From: Escherichia coli | Lineage (GTDB): Bacteria > Pseudomonadota > Gammaproteobacteria > Enterobacterales > Enterobacteriaceae | Strand: one strand, 5' to 3' | DNA length: 64,000 nucleotides | Assembly: GCA_902500055.1 (NCBI GenBank) | Contig: GCA_902500055.1_4131.1 | Shown: piece by piece, positions 1 through 10,250 of the stretch | How the letters are laid out: the number at the start of each line of letters is the position of its first letter | How positions within the stretch are numbered: position 1 is the first letter of the stretch | Made by a program: the position numbers and the translations under genes | The notes under the pieces: generated by a model | Seen by the model: the letters and a program-made list of their open reading frames with translations, nothing else | Database searches by the model: none | What the model was told of the DNA's origin: nothing

Positions 1-2
1 CT

Positions 3-839
3 AATACTTTCCAACAAGGATATACTGACTGGGCTGTGTATTTCACTGGTATAGATGTTACCCAAATTAAAAAAATGTTATGTGGTTATACAGCATTTAC
101 ATTAATGAAAGACGGAACACTTTATGGAAGAGGATGGAATCGAAGTGGTTCATTAGGTTTAGGACATAAAAATTATGTTTCAGCGTGGACTGTACTTGAC
201 ACTAATGTGGATAATATATTTGGCGGTTACCTTGGCGATACATTGTTTAAGATTAAAAACGATGGAACTGTATATGGTTCAGGTTCAAATAACAGCTTTC
301 AAGTTAAAGCAACATCGGGTGATGCAACCACATTTGTTCCGTTGTTTGATGATATATCTTATGATATAAAATGCAGTTTTGTTTCTGGTGTTGGTTTTGT
401 AATGATAACATCTGATAATAAAATATATGCAACTGGAACTACTTTTGCTGGTAGTGGTGCACATAGTAAAGTTTTTGATGTTGGTTTTACTATAGGTGAT
501 ATGAGTAATATATATCATCCTGATTCGTTGGACTATTCGACTAGTGTTGTATTTTTAATTAATGCAGATACAAACAAACTAATAGCAACTGGGCATACCC
601 CATTTACGGGAAGTAGTTCAAGTTCCCTTCCATATTTTACAGCATTTCAAGAATTCAATTTTACATCGTTCAATTCGAATACACGATATAGTGGGTCTTT
701 ATACTGGAATACATTTTACGAAGGTAATAATGTATGGATGAATGGATATAATCCTAAAAATACGGGTGGAAAGAATTTCTCATTGTGTTCAATACCGTTA
801 GATACTATTATTACTAAGCAAATTGATTTACCTTTTTGA
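3..839 (+). CDS. RCC1-like beta-propeller repeat protein, 5' end cut by the window edge (array paralog 1)
   Basis: The frame is open from nt 3. It has RCC1-type glycine repeats (GWNRSGSLGLGHKN, GSGSNNSFQV) and a C-terminal ...QIDLPF like the other paralogs. Confidence 0.8.
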   Translation, partial: NTFQQGYTDWAVYFTGIDVTQIKKMLCGYTAFTLMKDGTLYGRGWNRSGSLGLGHKNYVSAWTVLDTNVDNIFGGYLGDTLFKIKNDGTVYGSGSNNSFQVKATSGDATTFVPLFDDISYDIKCSFVSGVGFVMITSDNKIYATGTTFAGSGAHSKVFDVGFTIGDMSNIYHPDSLDYSTSVVFLINADTNKLIATGHTPFTGSSSSSLPYFTAFQEFNFTSFNSNTRYSGSLYWNTFYEGNNVWMNGYNPKNTGGKNFSLCSIPLDTIITKQIDLPF

Positions 840-846
840 ATACTAT

Positions 847-911
847 GCCAGTACTCAAGTACTGGCTTTTATTTTTGATTAAATATAGTATAATGAATAA
901 AGGAGGGAAAT
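847..911 (+). promoter_or_regulatory. Intergenic cassette: terminator hairpin, conserved TATAAT box and SD
   Basis: Hairpin gccagtactcaagtactggc (847-866) plus a T-run, then TAAATATAGTATAATGAATAAAGGAGG. TATAAT lies at 889-894 and the ATG at 912. Confidence 0.75.
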
Positions 912-2105
912 ATGTTACCTTTTGCTAGAATGGTTAAATACGGGAATAAACTGCCTATTCCTGATCCAGTTGAGTTCACTGATGTTTTACAGCAACATTA
1001 TACTAATGCTATGTATCTACATAAGCCCACGAATACACTATACGGTTATGGTGGTAATAACTTGAGCCAATTAGGTCTAGGGAATCGATCGGCAGTTTCT
1101 ACTTTTACAGTACTGGCAACGCACTGTGCAGCCTTTTGGTTAGGCGTTCATGGATCATTGATGATTGACTTGGATAATAGAATATATTTCACAGGGAATA
1201 CAGTAGCATTCCCCGATTATGGAGATGCAACTCCAGTTAATGGTTATTTTAGAACATGGACTGATGTTACTGCCGCATTTAACAAAATAAATGTACACGC
1301 TAATTTAATCAAGAGTGTACATATAGGTGAAAGTACTAGAATATTACTACACGATGGAAGAGTCGTTGTTTGTGGTAAAAATGCAAATGCCGAATGTGGA
1401 ACAGGTAACCAAAATCCCATTCCAGTACTAACAGTTGTTACTGGTATGGGTGAAGTTTCTCAATTGGCGTGTTCATTACAGGGTACGCACTATCTCAAAA
1501 CAAATAAAGAAGCATGGTTTTGTGGTAAGGATAACTTTGGTGAAAGTGGTGGTGGGACTAGCTCATACGTTTTTACTAATAAATTAATACGAACCAACGT
1601 CGATTATATAAGTACTACTTATGATGTTACCTGGTGGTTTACTGCCGGTAGGGTGTACTGGAGTGGTAGAAACAATTCTGGACAAGCTGGGAATGGTACT
1701 ACTTCAACTACAAACCAATTAACTACAGTTCAGAATTCACAGGTTATAGTGAATATTAGTGATGGTTTCCTGTGTCCTAGTAATATGGGTAACTCAACAA
1801 TTGGTGCACCTATGGCTCAATACCCATCATATGTCAGGAGTGCAGGCATCAATACATATGGTCAAGAAGGGACGGGAAATACAACAATAATTACTTCGTG
1901 GGGGGCGTTTTCTTTAAGTGCGATACAGGGTGGATATGACAATGTTCTTATGGCATCCAAAGACTGGTCCAGAACAATAATTATAACTAAAGATTATAAA
2001 TTATATGCATGTGGGGGCTTTAACGGTTCAGGTAGTAAATTACCGGATGGTACTTACTTAATTAAAACATTAACATTAATGCCAACGCAGTTATGGCAAT
2101 CATAG
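912..2105 (+). CDS. RCC1-like repeat protein with MLPFARMVKYGN leader (paralog 2)
   Basis: Contains GGNNLSQLGLGNRS, GRNNSGQAGNGTTS and GINTYGQEGTGNT repeats. A strong SD lies upstream. Confidence 0.85.
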   Translation: MLPFARMVKYGNKLPIPDPVEFTDVLQQHYTNAMYLHKPTNTLYGYGGNNLSQLGLGNRSAVSTFTVLATHCAAFWLGVHGSLMIDLDNRIYFTGNTVAFPDYGDATPVNGYFRTWTDVTAAFNKINVHANLIKSVHIGESTRILLHDGRVVVCGKNANAECGTGNQNPIPVLTVVTGMGEVSQLACSLQGTHYLKTNKEAWFCGKDNFGESGGGTSSYVFTNKLIRTNVDYISTTYDVTWWFTAGRVYWSGRNNSGQAGNGTTSTTNQLTTVQNSQVIVNISDGFLCPSNMGNSTIGAPMAQYPSYVRSAGINTYGQEGTGNTTIITSWGAFSLSAIQGGYDNVLMASKDWSRTIIITKDYKLYACGGFNGSGSKLPDGTYLIKTLTLMPTQLWQS

Positions 2106-2114
2106 GAGAAAATC

Positions 2115-3224
2115 ATGTTACCTTTTGTTAGAATGTTTGATTATGGGAATATCACACCTGGTCCTAAAAATATAATTAAAGTTGGTGCTTCTACACAGGG
2201 TCAATTCTTATTGACAGATTCACATGATTTATATTACATAGGTAGAAATCAAGGTGGTGAATCTGGAAATGGAAATACCAACACAGTATCCTCATGGATA
2301 TTAGTAAGTACAGATGTTTCTAATTTTTTCGTGGGTGATCGTACACTTGTTATTATTAAAAATGATAATACGATATGGTCATCAGGTCAAACGTACTGGT
2401 TCACATCTTCCACAACTACTTCTTACAGTACTGTATTAGTTGATAGAACCAGTTGGTTCACAAATGCAATACCAGTAAGTGAAATTGCTAATATTGTATG
2501 TACATATGGTTTAATATTTGTACTTAGCACTAATTCAGTACTCTATGGTGCAGGGGCTAATGGATATCGTGGTGCTTTAGGTATTGGTTCATCATCAATT
2601 TACACATTAACTCAATGTGCTACTAATGTGCGTAAAGTAATGACGAATTCAAATGACAGTATGTATATTACATTAGATAATAAGTTATATAGTTCTGGGT
2701 GGAATGACAGGGGTCAGCATGGCACGGGGAACCGAACACAAATTAACACGTGGGGATTACGTAGTACTGGAGTAATAGATGCAGCTATTGGTGGACATAC
2801 ACTCAATTACTATAATGGTACATCATATTTCACATGTGGTACAACTCCAAACTTTCTTAGTTCAGATTCAACTACATTCAAAGCAGTTCCTGTAAGTACT
2901 TTACCTAATAATTCACCTTTGTTTATGACAAATTCAGAGGCAACAAGCACGGCTACGCAAATTATATTAACTAGTGCATATCAGAAAGGTATTGGGGGAA
3001 ACCGTGGTTTGGGATTAAACAATTCTCAAACGGGTGCTATCTATAGTGCTGCTAATTTACAATTACCTGTAGAAGTTAGTGAGATTAGTGATGTTGCTTT
3101 TAGTGACGGATTAACATCATTATTAACCAAAGACGGGAATGTATATAGTACTGGATCGTATTACGCCATTCCAGGTGCAAGTGCAGATGTTGCAGTCTTT
3201 ACTAAAATTGATTTACCAAAATAA
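2115..3224 (+). CDS. RCC1-like repeat protein with MLPFVRMFDYGN leader (paralog 3)
   Basis: Contains GWNDRGQHGTGNRT and GANGYRGALGIGSS repeats. It is joined to paralog 2 only by a GGAG SD, so the two form an operon. Confidence 0.85.
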   Translation: MLPFVRMFDYGNITPGPKNIIKVGASTQGQFLLTDSHDLYYIGRNQGGESGNGNTNTVSSWILVSTDVSNFFVGDRTLVIIKNDNTIWSSGQTYWFTSSTTTSYSTVLVDRTSWFTNAIPVSEIANIVCTYGLIFVLSTNSVLYGAGANGYRGALGIGSSSIYTLTQCATNVRKVMTNSNDSMYITLDNKLYSSGWNDRGQHGTGNRTQINTWGLRSTGVIDAAIGGHTLNYYNGTSYFTCGTTPNFLSSDSTTFKAVPVSTLPNNSPLFMTNSEATSTATQIILTSAYQKGIGGNRGLGLNNSQTGAIYSAANLQLPVEVSEISDVAFSDGLTSLLTKDGNVYSTGSYYAIPGASADVAVFTKIDLPK

Positions 3225-3230
3225 CATAAT

Positions 3231-3295
3231 GCCAGTACTCAAGTACTGGCATTTCTTTTTGGGGTAAATATAGTATAATGAATAAAGGAGGAATT
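3231..3295 (+). promoter_or_regulatory. Intergenic cassette: terminator hairpin, conserved TATAAT box and SD
   Basis: Hairpin gccagtactcaagtactggc (3231-3250), TATAAT at 3274-3279, AAAGGAGG, ATG at 3296. Confidence 0.75.
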
Positions 3296-4465
3296 ATGTT
3301 ACCTTTTGTGAGATTGTTTGATTACGGGAATATTGCACCTGATAAACCAAATATTAAAAAAATACTTGCTAACAACTATAATGTTGCTGTTTTAACAAAC
3401 AGTGGTGATTTATATGTGCGTGGTGATAATGCATATGGTATTTTGGGTTTAGGTCACAAAAATACTGTTACTACATGGACTTTTAGTACTTCTGGTGTTG
3501 AAGATTTTTGGATGGGAGCCACGTCGATAGTTGTTAAGAAAAGCAATAATGAAATATGGTACAGTGGAAGTTCAACAACTGTTGGTATGAAAGGGTCAGG
3601 AGTATCAATATGGACATCTGCTATGCCTATATTCAATACATTAACATTACCAATATTAGATATAGCCGTTAGTTATCAGACTACAAGTGTGTTACTATCA
3701 GACCAAACAATATGGAGTACTGGAGTAGGGTCGGATGGTCAGTTGGGTGATGGGACAACAATTAACCATGTTTCTGGTAGATTCGTCAAAAGTACTGTTC
3801 CTACCGCAGCAAATCAATTACCTGTTAAATTGTTTGCAAGTAATTTAATGCACGGTTATGTTACAAACCAAGGATGGTTATTTTATACAGGAAGAGTCAA
3901 TGCAGTTACAAGTTCAGGAAGTAAGTTATATAATATATATTATGGTGCTCCTACCAGCTTAAGTAATACAATTAATATAAAGTACTATGTGAATAATGGT
4001 ACTTCAATGGCAATGGCAATAGGCACTGATCCCACTGGTAAAACTATCATCGCAAATGGTGGTTCAAGAATATTTGGTGCACAAGCAGATGGGAAAGATG
4101 GTTCTCTCAAAGATTATAGAGCATTTGAGGTACAAACAGCATCACTAATGCCACCTGGTGATGTAGTAAGCATTGCTAACAATACTTCATATTATAACCA
4201 AGTTATTGCTACAACAGATGGTATATATTGTTGCGGCTACAATCAATCTACACAAGCTGGTATGTTAGGTATTGGTACATCTACTAATGCATTAGTATAT
4301 ACCAAAGCAATCGTACCTGATGGGTTTGATTATAGTAAGTCACAGATGGCAGGTAGTTATAACCGAACTTATATAACTGATGGTAATTTTGTATATAGCA
4401 CGGGAACAGATGTCACATATGGTGGCATTAGTAGTTTAGAATTTATATTAGATTCGCCAGTTTAA
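3296..4465 (+). CDS. RCC1-like repeat protein with MLPFVRLFDYGN leader (paralog 4)
   Basis: The start was moved to the MLPF ATG because the track ATG lies inside the SD box. Contains GDNAYGILGLGHKN and GSDGQLGDGTT repeats. Confidence 0.85.
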   Translation: MLPFVRLFDYGNIAPDKPNIKKILANNYNVAVLTNSGDLYVRGDNAYGILGLGHKNTVTTWTFSTSGVEDFWMGATSIVVKKSNNEIWYSGSSTTVGMKGSGVSIWTSAMPIFNTLTLPILDIAVSYQTTSVLLSDQTIWSTGVGSDGQLGDGTTINHVSGRFVKSTVPTAANQLPVKLFASNLMHGYVTNQGWLFYTGRVNAVTSSGSKLYNIYYGAPTSLSNTINIKYYVNNGTSMAMAIGTDPTGKTIIANGGSRIFGAQADGKDGSLKDYRAFEVQTASLMPPGDVVSIANNTSYYNQVIATTDGIYCCGYNQSTQAGMLGIGTSTNALVYTKAIVPDGFDYSKSQMAGSYNRTYITDGNFVYSTGTDVTYGGISSLEFILDSPV

Positions 4466-4471
4466 ATATAG

Positions 4472-4536
4472 GCCAGTACTTGATACTGGCTTTTCTTTTT
4501 TGTATTAAATATAGTATAATGAATAAAGGAGGAAAT
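4472..4536 (+). promoter_or_regulatory. Intergenic cassette: terminator hairpin, conserved TATAAT box and SD
   Basis: Hairpin gccagtacttgatactggc (4472-4490), TATAAT at 4515-4520, ATG at 4537. Confidence 0.75.
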
Positions 4537-5727
4537 ATGTTACCTTTTGCAAGAATGATGAATTATGGGAATATTGTGCCTGTACCACTACAAATTAAGA
4601 AAATAATACCAACTGATACTGAGGTTGTTGTACTTTATACCGACGGTCAACTATACGCACGAGGCAGTAATAGTTATGGGAAGTTTGGTAGAGGAAATAA
4701 TAATGCAGTAAGGTCGTGGACATTAATTAGAGAAAATGTCAAAGATTGCTGGATGACACAAGGAACTTTGTTAGTACAAGATAATGACTTAAATTATTTT
4801 TATTGTGGATATGGTAGTCATATTGGTTTAGAAACTAGTACTACATCATTTTTAAGTTATAACCAATATATTGAAAATTTGTACACACAAAGTTCAAGTA
4901 CTTCAATTAAACAGATGTATGCAGGTACTACGTGGTTTACTTTCTTAATGGATAATAATACAATATGGAGTACAGGGTGGAATAGTGCTAGACAATTCGC
5001 AGATGGTACAGGAACTACTTATCAAATATCAGATGGTTCATTTGTTAAAGCGGTAACACCAGATGTAGATATTGCACAAATACAGTCAACAAATTACTGT
5101 GCAATGTTTTTTGATACACAAAATAATTTATATATTGGTGGTAGTACATCTGGCATAAGTACTAGTACCACATGGACACCATTTAATGAATATACTTTGT
5201 ATAAGCCAAGTACCACATATACAAAAACATTACAATATACTGTTTGTTCATTTGGTGCTGTCAGTGCTTTAGTGGAGAATCCAAATACAGGAGCACGTCA
5301 GTTTCTAGTTGGTGGATTAGCTAATAATGGGGCATGGGGTAATAACACTACGAATAGTACAGCACTAGCAGTATTAGGGAATAATAGTACTACATTACCA
5401 TCAGGAACTTATTATTCAATCCATACTGGATATGCATCACAATCTAGTATACTAGTTACGAGTACAGGTGTATATGCAACTGGTTTAAATGCGAGTGGTT
5501 ATGCTGGTACATTAGGTGTTGGTTCTAATGTTACCATTGGTAAATTTACTGCATGTCCATTGCCGTCAGGAATAACATATTCTATGTATGATAAAATTAA
5601 AATATATCGCGGTTCGTATCGTACTTTCCTAACTGCTGATATGAAAAATATATATTCAACCGGAACGCATGATGATGGTGGTCCTCGTACAAATAGATAT
5701 GTACTGGATACTCCAAGACAGTTATAA
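4537..5727 (+). CDS. RCC1-like repeat protein with MLPFARMMNYGN leader (paralog 5)
   Basis: Contains GSNSYGKFGRGNNN and GLNASGYAGTLGVGSN repeats. The start was set at the MLPF ATG. Confidence 0.85.
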   Translation: MLPFARMMNYGNIVPVPLQIKKIIPTDTEVVVLYTDGQLYARGSNSYGKFGRGNNNAVRSWTLIRENVKDCWMTQGTLLVQDNDLNYFYCGYGSHIGLETSTTSFLSYNQYIENLYTQSSSTSIKQMYAGTTWFTFLMDNNTIWSTGWNSARQFADGTGTTYQISDGSFVKAVTPDVDIAQIQSTNYCAMFFDTQNNLYIGGSTSGISTSTTWTPFNEYTLYKPSTTYTKTLQYTVCSFGAVSALVENPNTGARQFLVGGLANNGAWGNNTTNSTALAVLGNNSTTLPSGTYYSIHTGYASQSSILVTSTGVYATGLNASGYAGTLGVGSNVTIGKFTACPLPSGITYSMYDKIKIYRGSYRTFLTADMKNIYSTGTHDDGGPRTNRYVLDTPRQL

Positions 5728-5733
5728 TATAAT

Positions 5734-5799
5734 GCCAGTACAGAGTACTGGCTTTTCTTTTTTGTATTAAATATATTATAATGAATAAAGGAGGGAATT
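5734..5799 (+). promoter_or_regulatory. Intergenic cassette: terminator hairpin, conserved TATAAT box and SD
   Basis: Hairpin gccagtacagagtactggc (5734-5752), TATAAT at 5777-5782, ATG at 5800. Confidence 0.75.
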
Positions 5800-6537
5800 A
5801 TGTTACCTTTTGGAAGAATGGTTAAGTACGGGAATAAAATTGAATATAAGCCACATGGTGAACAATTAATCACGACAATAGGAACAACACAATTTACAGT
5901 TCCTGCTGGCGTTACCGAAATATCAGTATGTGTTATTTCGCCGGGTGGTCAACGTGGTGCTGGTGGCGGCTTATCGTGGCGTAATAATATTCCGGTTACT
6001 AGTGGTGAGTACTTAAGTGTTTCTCTTACACATCCCAACACTACTACACCAGTTGAAAACGGTTTATATCGTGGAACTGAAAAACTATGTGTTAGCTTCA
6101 CTGGTGAATATAGGGTTGGTGGACTAGGTGGGAAAGCTGCTAACGCTATTAATGATGGTGGTGGTAATGGGGGCAACGCTGGTGTAAGTGGTGGTGCAGT
6201 CATTGGTGGTGGTGCTGGTGGCTACACTGGTAAAGGTGGTAACGGAGATGCAATCACTGGTGAAAATGGTGCTGGCGGCGGCGGTGGTGGTGGTGCATTC
6301 TATAATACCTCGTTCATTGGTACGGGTGGTGGTACTGGTATCATTGTTCAAGGTGCTAATGGCATTGGCGGTAGATACGATGGTTCATATAATGGTGGTG
6401 CTGGTAGTGGTGGTGCTGGTAAGATGTATGGTGGTGGTGGTAGTATATGGGATAATTTTTCTTATACGGCTGCTGGTGGTGGTGCTGTGCGAATAATATG
6501 GGGACGTGGGAGATATTATCCTAACAATTCAGTCTAA
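5800..6537 (+). CDS. Glycine-rich domain protein with the same MLPFGRMVKYGN leader (array member 6, not RCC1)
   Basis: Begins FTVPAGVTEISVCVISPGG, continues with long GGxGG tracts and ends GGGAVRIIWG. This is the layout of glycine-rich-domain proteins. Confidence 0.8.
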   Translation: MLPFGRMVKYGNKIEYKPHGEQLITTIGTTQFTVPAGVTEISVCVISPGGQRGAGGGLSWRNNIPVTSGEYLSVSLTHPNTTTPVENGLYRGTEKLCVSFTGEYRVGGLGGKAANAINDGGGNGGNAGVSGGAVIGGGAGGYTGKGGNGDAITGENGAGGGGGGGAFYNTSFIGTGGGTGIIVQGANGIGGRYDGSYNGGAGSGGAGKMYGGGGSIWDNFSYTAAGGGAVRIIWGRGRYYPNNSV

Positions 6538-6544
6538 AATATAG

Positions 6545-6608
6545 GCCAGTACAGAGTACTGGCTTTTCTTTTTGTATTAAATATAGTATAATGAATAAAG
6601 GAGGAAAT
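6545..6608 (+). promoter_or_regulatory. Intergenic cassette: terminator hairpin, conserved TATAAT box and SD
   Basis: Hairpin gccagtacagagtactggc (6545-6563), TATAAT at 6587-6592, ATG at 6609. Confidence 0.75.
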
Positions 6609-7718
6609 ATGTTACCTTTTGGGAGAATGTTAAAGTACGGGAATATAGCACCTGAAGATCCAAAGATAAAGAAAGTACTGTGCGGTCTTGATAATTTGTA
6701 CGTCCTCTATGGCGATGGCTCACTTTATGGTTGTGGGGTTAATACTTATTTTCAGTTAAACGTTGAAAATACAGCAACAAGAAATACTTGGATATTAATT
6801 TCAGAAGGTGTTACTGATGCATGGGCTGGGGCGTACAATATTCTTTATCTCAAGGGTGAAGAATTCATAATGCATGGAGTTACCACACAATTAGGCACAG
6901 GAAATACTACGATTCCGTTGGGTGGTTTGAATGTTACTTCTTCATTTCCACATATATCTAATATTAAAATGATATCAATTGGTGTAGATACAATGCACTA
7001 CGTTGATGCTAGTGGTTCGATTGTTTATGGTAGAGGCATGAATGGTAACTATTCACTCGGTGGTGGGTATTCCACGGCTCAGAGTACTTTTGTTTCAGTT
7101 ATTAATACCGGAGCTAATACAGTCCTTGATATATTGGGTACACAGAATAACACATTAATATTAACATCAAATGGTGAACTTCTCGGTTGTGGGAGTAGTG
7201 GGTATGGTTCACTTGGCGTAAGTCCAGGACAGTATACTACACTAGTAAGCAGGTTAACCAGTGTTAAACTGTTTGGTGGTAACAGTACTGGTACTCTTGC
7301 TTATTCAGCCAGCAATATATACAACGCAGGTTGGCAGTATATTGGTCAACTTGGTAACGGTATTACAACGAACACACAAGTATATCCATTTGCATTTAAC
7401 TCCACTACTATTGATAGTAAGATACATAAAATATCAAAATCAAGTGCGACTTCATATGTTAATATGTACGCAACAACCGAAGGAAAGATATACAGTACTG
7501 GTGAATTTGGTAGAAATGGTTCTGGTGGTGGTTTGAGTAGATTCACCAATACACTAACTTTAGATAATTACAACCCAGAAAAATCAGCATTATACACATG
7601 TGCACATTTTAGTATAGTATTTGATGGTAATAATCAAATTTATGCTTGTGGTTCTTTTTTGTATGTGCCAGGTCCTATTACCACGAACTCATGGTCTGCA
7701 ATTACAATGCCGAAATAA
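6609..7718 (+). CDS. RCC1-like repeat protein with MLPFGRMLKYGN leader (paralog 7)
   Basis: Contains GVNTYFQLN, GMNGNYSLGGG and GSSGYGSLG repeats. The start was set at the MLPF ATG. Confidence 0.85.
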   Translation: MLPFGRMLKYGNIAPEDPKIKKVLCGLDNLYVLYGDGSLYGCGVNTYFQLNVENTATRNTWILISEGVTDAWAGAYNILYLKGEEFIMHGVTTQLGTGNTTIPLGGLNVTSSFPHISNIKMISIGVDTMHYVDASGSIVYGRGMNGNYSLGGGYSTAQSTFVSVINTGANTVLDILGTQNNTLILTSNGELLGCGSSGYGSLGVSPGQYTTLVSRLTSVKLFGGNSTGTLAYSASNIYNAGWQYIGQLGNGITTNTQVYPFAFNSTTIDSKIHKISKSSATSYVNMYATTEGKIYSTGEFGRNGSGGGLSRFTNTLTLDNYNPEKSALYTCAHFSIVFDGNNQIYACGSFLYVPGPITTNSWSAITMPK

Positions 7719-7732
7719 TACTATAAAACTAT

Positions 7733-7796
7733 GCCAGTACTTTGTACTGGCTTTCTTATTTGTATTAAATATAGTATAATGAATAAAGGAGGAATT
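7733..7796 (+). promoter_or_regulatory. Intergenic cassette: terminator hairpin, conserved TATAAT box and SD
   Basis: Hairpin gccagtactttgtactggc (7733-7751), TATAAT at 7775-7780, ATG at 7797. Confidence 0.75.
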
Positions 7797-8966
7797 ATGT
7801 TACCTTTTGGAAGAATGTTAAAGTACGGAAATATTAAACCAACTCTTCCCGAAATAAAGAAATTGGATGGTAGTCAATTACATGTCGGATTACTTTATAG
7901 TACAGGGAATATGTATATGCGTGGTTCTGGATCGAACTACAAATTAGGAACAGGGAATGATAGTGATGTATTAGGTGGTTGGGTACATGTACCCTATGAA
8001 GTTGATGATTTTTGGGCGTGTGTATCCGGTACATTAATAAAGACGGTTGATAATAAGTTATATTGTGCCGGACTATACATGGGTGGATATTTTGGGGCTA
8101 GTGGTTCATATGTTAACTGGACTGAAGTAACTTCATTATTTGTAGGTATTGACGTGTCGCAAATAAAGAATATAGAATTTACGTCAGCAGGTACGTCAGG
8201 TAGTACACTAATATTGATGTTAGATGGTCGTTTATATGGGTTCGGTATGAACAGTAGATCTGAGTTAGGTGTTAATAACAAAGTTGTATCTCCCATTCTT
8301 ATAGATACTGGGGTAAGTGAAATAGGAGCACATAAGTTAGGCGGTTCATCGTTCCATTATATAAAAGGCGGTAAGTACTACAGATGTGGAACATCGGTTG
8401 GTAGTAATATTGGAAGTTCTTCTTTAACTACTTTTACGGTATTGAGTATTCCTGATAACGTTATATCTATGCAAATTTTATATGACAACGTACAGTTATT
8501 ATGTTTAGGAAGTTCTGGATATAGTATCTATATGGCTGGTTCTAATGATTATGGTGGAAGAGGTGTTGGTGGTTCTACTGTTTACACTACATTCAGGAAA
8601 ATAGATCTTACAGGATTTGGTGTTGTTCCCAGTGAAATACTATTTGAAAATGCCGGAAATGGTTATGTTAATATATCAACTGATAGTACTGGAGTATATA
8701 CATGTGGTGGTGGAGCGGGTGTTAACGGTTTAGGTAGACCAACTAATGTAATACCAAGTTCACAGTTGGGGGTAGTTCAGTTCAGTACTGGAGTAGAACA
8801 ATCAAATATAAGTCGTGTGTATTCACAGAGTTCGAGTTCTGTTATATATTGTATAGTCAATAATGAATTGTACTGGGCTGGGAGTAATTCATATTTTACT
8901 GATCAAACCACAAATACTGGTACACAATTTTCATTTATTAAGATGAAGAATATGCCTTCTGCTTAG
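7797..8966 (+). CDS. RCC1-like repeat protein with MLPFGRMLKYGN leader (paralog 8)
   Basis: Contains GSGSNYKLGTGN, GMNSRSELGVNN and GSNDYGGRGVGG repeats. Confidence 0.85.
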   Translation: MLPFGRMLKYGNIKPTLPEIKKLDGSQLHVGLLYSTGNMYMRGSGSNYKLGTGNDSDVLGGWVHVPYEVDDFWACVSGTLIKTVDNKLYCAGLYMGGYFGASGSYVNWTEVTSLFVGIDVSQIKNIEFTSAGTSGSTLILMLDGRLYGFGMNSRSELGVNNKVVSPILIDTGVSEIGAHKLGGSSFHYIKGGKYYRCGTSVGSNIGSSSLTTFTVLSIPDNVISMQILYDNVQLLCLGSSGYSIYMAGSNDYGGRGVGGSTVYTTFRKIDLTGFGVVPSEILFENAGNGYVNISTDSTGVYTCGGGAGVNGLGRPTNVIPSSQLGVVQFSTGVEQSNISRVYSQSSSSVIYCIVNNELYWAGSNSYFTDQTTNTGTQFSFIKMKNMPSA

Positions 8967-8973
8967 ATTTTAT

Positions 8974-9037
8974 GCCAGTACTTAACACTGGCTTTTCTTT
9001 TTGATTAAATATAGTATAATGAATAAAGGAGGATTTT
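8974..9037 (+). promoter_or_regulatory. Intergenic cassette: terminator hairpin, conserved TATAAT box and SD
   Basis: Imperfect hairpin gccagtacttaacactggc (8974-8992), TATAAT at 9015-9020, ATG at 9038. Confidence 0.7.
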
Positions 9038-10243
9038 ATGTTACCTTTTCCAAGGATGTTAAAATACGCAAATAAAATGAAAGTTCCTGAAGTGAAAGAA
9101 ATCTTTATGTACAATGGTTATAGTGCGTCAGTTATTCCAGCAACAGCACTCTTACTATTATATAAAAATGGAGACTTAATGGGTATAGGTGGAACTAGTT
9201 CACAAAACTATGGATTCGGAAATGGTGTACCTAATGCGAAAGTAAAAGAGTGGGCTTTAATATACCAAAATGTAAAACGTTTTAGAACAGCCCAAGGTTC
9301 TTTTAATTTAATCCAAACCGAAGATAATAAATTTTATTACAGTGGCGTAGGTAGAGCTATTGGTACAGGATTAAGTACTGTCAGTACTTATACTGATTGT
9401 ACTTCATATTTTACATCAGTATTCAATGCAACACAATTGTCGCAAATTAAGGACATTCAAATTGTAGGGGAGGGTATTTTTGTTTTACTTCAAAATGGTA
9501 CGCTATATGGAATGGGGGCCAATACACAGGGATATTTTGGTAATAACACAACCACAAGATTATCAACATTTACTTCAATTAATACGAATGTGGATAGTGT
9601 AAAAACAGGTTCAAGTGCAGTGATTGTGCAGAAAATTGATAAAACACTTTGGGTCACTGGTCAAAACACATGGGGTTCACTTGGTATAAGTAATGGTGAA
9701 ACTAACATTAGAGTATGGACACAAATGGGTGCATTAGCCAACAATACTGTTATACATTATGAACTTGGTGGGAGTGCATCATGGGTTGTATCTAAACACA
9801 ACACGAATAATACATATACAGTTCGTGCAAGTGGGATTCAATCGGAAGGTAACTTGGGTAATAGTTCAGCCGCTTCATCAGGGACAGTATTATCTACAAT
9901 CTCCACTCTACCAATATCAGATAATATGGAAATGAAATCAAATTCATTAACATATGGTGGGCTTACGGTTAAAACTAACAATTCACTTTATATGTGTGGT
10001 ATAAACACATATGGTAGGCTCGGTCGCGGTAATACCACATCAAGTACTACATTTGTAGTTCCAGTTGATGCACCTAAAGTTGGCAGCATCGAGTTATTCT
10101 GTCCAAGTGAATGTACAAATGTGTATATGGATAATCAAGGGGATGTGTATTTGAGTGGCTATATCCCACAAGCAGCAGGGACAACAGTTTCTGATTACTA
10201 CACTAAATTCCAATTATATCAAATACCCAGTCGTGGTATATAA
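9038..10243 (+). CDS. RCC1-like repeat protein with MLPFPRMLKYAN leader (paralog 9)
   Basis: Contains GANTQGYFGNN, GQNTWGSLGISNG and GINTYGRLGRGNTT repeats. Confidence 0.85.
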   Translation: MLPFPRMLKYANKMKVPEVKEIFMYNGYSASVIPATALLLLYKNGDLMGIGGTSSQNYGFGNGVPNAKVKEWALIYQNVKRFRTAQGSFNLIQTEDNKFYYSGVGRAIGTGLSTVSTYTDCTSYFTSVFNATQLSQIKDIQIVGEGIFVLLQNGTLYGMGANTQGYFGNNTTTRLSTFTSINTNVDSVKTGSSAVIVQKIDKTLWVTGQNTWGSLGISNGETNIRVWTQMGALANNTVIHYELGGSASWVVSKHNTNNTYTVRASGIQSEGNLGNSSAASSGTVLSTISTLPISDNMEMKSNSLTYGGLTVKTNNSLYMCGINTYGRLGRGNTTSSTTFVVPVDAPKVGSIELFCPSECTNVYMDNQGDVYLSGYIPQAAGTTVSDYYTKFQLYQIPSRGI

Positions 10244-10250
10244 AAAAAAT

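Noticed and set aside
5949-6496. Three long ORFs on other frames or strands across the glycine-rich gene (5949..6203 -, 6124..6351 -, 6188..6496 +).
   Set aside because: They are artefacts of GGT/GGN repeat DNA, giving Pro/Thr/Val-rich low-complexity translations. They have no RBS and lie entirely inside the well-supported gene 5800..6537.
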